NCBI GenBank assembly: GCA_048939015.1
Contig: JBHLPW010000037.1
Location: 1-52,819, forward strand
DNA: 52,819 bases
From: Promethearchaeota archaeon
GTDB taxonomy: Archaea > Asgardarchaeota > Lokiarchaeia > Sigyniarchaeales > SOKP01
Reading direction: 5' to 3'
In this document: positions 51,055-52,819 of the stretch, piece by piece
Layout of the letters: the number at the start of each line of letters is the position of its first letter
How positions within the stretch are numbered: the first letter of the stretch is position 1
Position numbers and translations under genes: made by a program
The notes under the pieces: model-generated
Seen by the model: the letters and a program-made list of their open reading frames with translations, nothing else
Told to the model about the DNA's origin: nothing
Database searches by the model: none

Positions 51055-52425
51055 TTATTTCACCTCCCAATTTCCTGGATTCATTATCCCATTAGGATCT
51101 AAGGTGTCTTTAAACGTTTTCAATAACTTTTTATAATTTGGATCTATTTTTTCAAGAACTAGTTGTTGTCCCGCTAATTCTACTTTCCACGGAATTCCAC
51201 CTAATTCTAAAGCAAGTTTATTCGTTTCATAAAGCGCATTTCTAGCATTTTCCATATCTTTTGGGTCTGCTCGATTAAATGAATAAGAAACGAACAATAT
51301 AATTGTATGTGTTCCACTCATCAATCTTGATCCTATTGTCGGAGGAATTCCATATTTTTTTGAGATTTCAGCAGCTTTTAAATATGCTTCTGGAATTTTT
51401 TCAAGCGGCATAAAAGCCCCAACATATTCGAATCCACCTCCTTTTCGATAATCTGCTGCACCTGCTGCGAATATAGGCTTTTGCATGTAAATTTCATGCA
51501 TTTTATCAGGAGCATTCATGAACCTAGCATTGTTTTTTCTATATATTTTCTTCAATATCTTAGTATGCTGGTCTATTTCTTCTTGAGTTTCTCCAGTAAT
51601 ATATGTCATTACAAAAATGTAACCTTTCATCCAATCTGGTTTATCTTGCATTCCTAAAAGCAGATCCTCTGTAAATCGTTGTGTAGTTACGCTTAAGAGA
51701 AGATTTGGCAGGTCTTTTGGATCCTTTAACATACCAAAAATTATATCTCGGAATTTTGGTTTAGGATATAATTTTAAAGAAAGTTTTGTTATAATTCCCA
51801 TGATACCAAAGGAACTGATAAACATACCTATAAAGTCTGGAATTGGGCCTCTACTAAACCAATAATCCGAAGTTGCGCAAGAACCTAATTTACAAATATC
51901 TCCATTTGGAAGTACAACTTCTAAGCCATTAATCATCGCCCCATGATCTCCATGCCTTTGAGAAAGATATCCAGAACCATGAATTAATACATTTCCTGCT
52001 ACTGTAGCTGAAGGAGGCGCATCAGGTATAGGTGGTTGTAGATTAGGATATTGTTTATTCAAATGCGATAATAACTGACCTGTAGTAACTCCTGCCTCTA
52101 TCAGAGCATAGCGGCTAAATTCGTTTATTTCTATTATTTTATTCATCCGTTTCATATCCATAACTATTCCTCCTTTAACAGGAATGATTAAACCACTTAA
52201 AGTTAATCCACCACCCATAGGAACTATTGGAATTTGTTCTTCATTTGCTAATTCTACAATTTTCTGAACTTCTTTAACACTTTCTGGCATTACCACAAAA
52301 TTAACCGATCTAGGTTCAGAAGCACCAGGATCTTGAGAATAAATGTAAAGATCTTCTTCCTTATTTGAAGCAAAATCTTTACTAACAATATCTTCCAGTT
52401 TTGTCAAAATCTTTTCTAGATTCAT
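51055..52425 (-). CDS. FAD-binding oxidoreductase, GlcD/D-lactate dehydrogenase family
   Basis: VVMPES..EVQ, PMGGG, IEAGVT, GLEVVLPNG, GIITK, DPNGIMNPG. Confidence 0.9.
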   Translation of the reverse strand: MNLEKILTKLEDIVSKDFASNKEEDLYIYSQDPGASEPRSVNFVVMPESVKEVQKIVELANEEQIPIVPMGGGLTLSGLIIPVKGGIVMDMKRMNKIIEINEFSRYALIEAGVTTGQLLSHLNKQYPNLQPPIPDAPPSATVAGNVLIHGSGYLSQRHGDHGAMINGLEVVLPNGDICKLGSCATSDYWFSRGPIPDFIGMFISSFGIMGIITKLSLKLYPKPKFRDIIFGMLKDPKDLPNLLLSVTTQRFTEDLLLGMQDKPDWMKGYIFVMTYITGETQEEIDQHTKILKKIYRKNNARFMNAPDKMHEIYMQKPIFAAGAADYRKGGGFEYVGAFMPLEKIPEAYLKAAEISKKYGIPPTIGSRLMSGTHTIILFVSYSFNRADPKDMENARNALYETNKLALELGGIPWKVELAGQQLVLEKIDPNYKKLLKTFKDTLDPNGIMNPGNWEVK

Positions 52426-52575
52426 ATTAAAATCTCCTAAATTGAGTTCATAATAATAAGATTGTTCATCTTTTGAAAATATATAATTAATTACTAAATG
52501 GTTTCGAATTAATAATTTATTAATTAAAGGAGATTAACATATCTATTAAAATCAATGAATTGAAGTAAATTGAAA

Positions 52576-52819
52576 ATGAACATTGGAAGTATAGAAAGTG
52601 GAAATATAGTAATAAAAGTAATAACATCTAATAGGACAAGTATGACTTTACAAGGTGACGAGAAATTCCAAGGAAAGGTTATCCAACCAAGGCATGATTC
52701 TTTTGCTACTCTTGGTGAACATGGAATTGCAATGAGTATTAAAATATTGGAAGGAAAATCAACCCATTTTATTTTGTTTGACACAGCAGGTTATATGCAA
52801 ACGGTTCTTAATAATCTTA
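52576..52819 (+). CDS. MBL-fold metallo-hydrolase, N-terminal part (runs off the window)
   Basis: Hand translation MNIGSIESGNIVIKVITSN..LGEHGIAMSI..ILFDTAG..VLNNL matches the EHG...ILFDTG N-terminus of this family. Absent from the ORF track because no stop lies in the window. Confidence 0.75.
   Translation, partial: MNIGSIESGNIVIKVITSNRTSMTLQGDEKFQGKVIQPRHDSFATLGEHGIAMSIKILEGKSTHFILFDTAGYMQTVLNNL

Noticed and set aside
52524-52784. 86-aa minus-strand ORF
   Set aside because: It is antisense to a recognisable MBL-fold gene starting at 52576 on the plus strand.

Overview
AT-rich archaeal chromosomal window. Gene content (Cdc6/Orc1, XerA, archaetidylserine-synthase-like PssA, HdrA-MvhD) plus many eukaryotic-signature-like domains (longin/uDENN-like, gelsolin, PCI, SDS22-like LRR, coat-appendage-like, IFT52/GIFT-like, PHD/RINGv) points to an Asgard archaeon, probably Lokiarchaeia. 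This is an inference; no search was run. The standout is a 12 kb locus (20.8-32.7 kb) with two large predicted membrane receptors: solute-binding ectodomain, beta-helix/FN3 stalk, TM helix, then a cytoplasmic TIR domain retaining the catalytic Glu. One uses a peptide-binding (SBP family 5) sensor and the other a Venus-flytrap (type I PBP) sensor. They flank an LRR-PCI-appendage protein that shares a PCI-like winged helix with the first receptor, suggesting a Toll-like nutrient or ligand signalling system. Other points: tandem vWA-PHD/RINGv paralogues, a gelsolin fused to a SAP/HeH-like domain, a trxB followed in frame by a diverged copy of its own 3' end, a Cys-less TrxB paralogue, and a dif-like inverted repeat between cdc6 and xerA. 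No rRNA, tRNA, CRISPR array or transposase was recognised. All domain calls come from motif recognition by eye.
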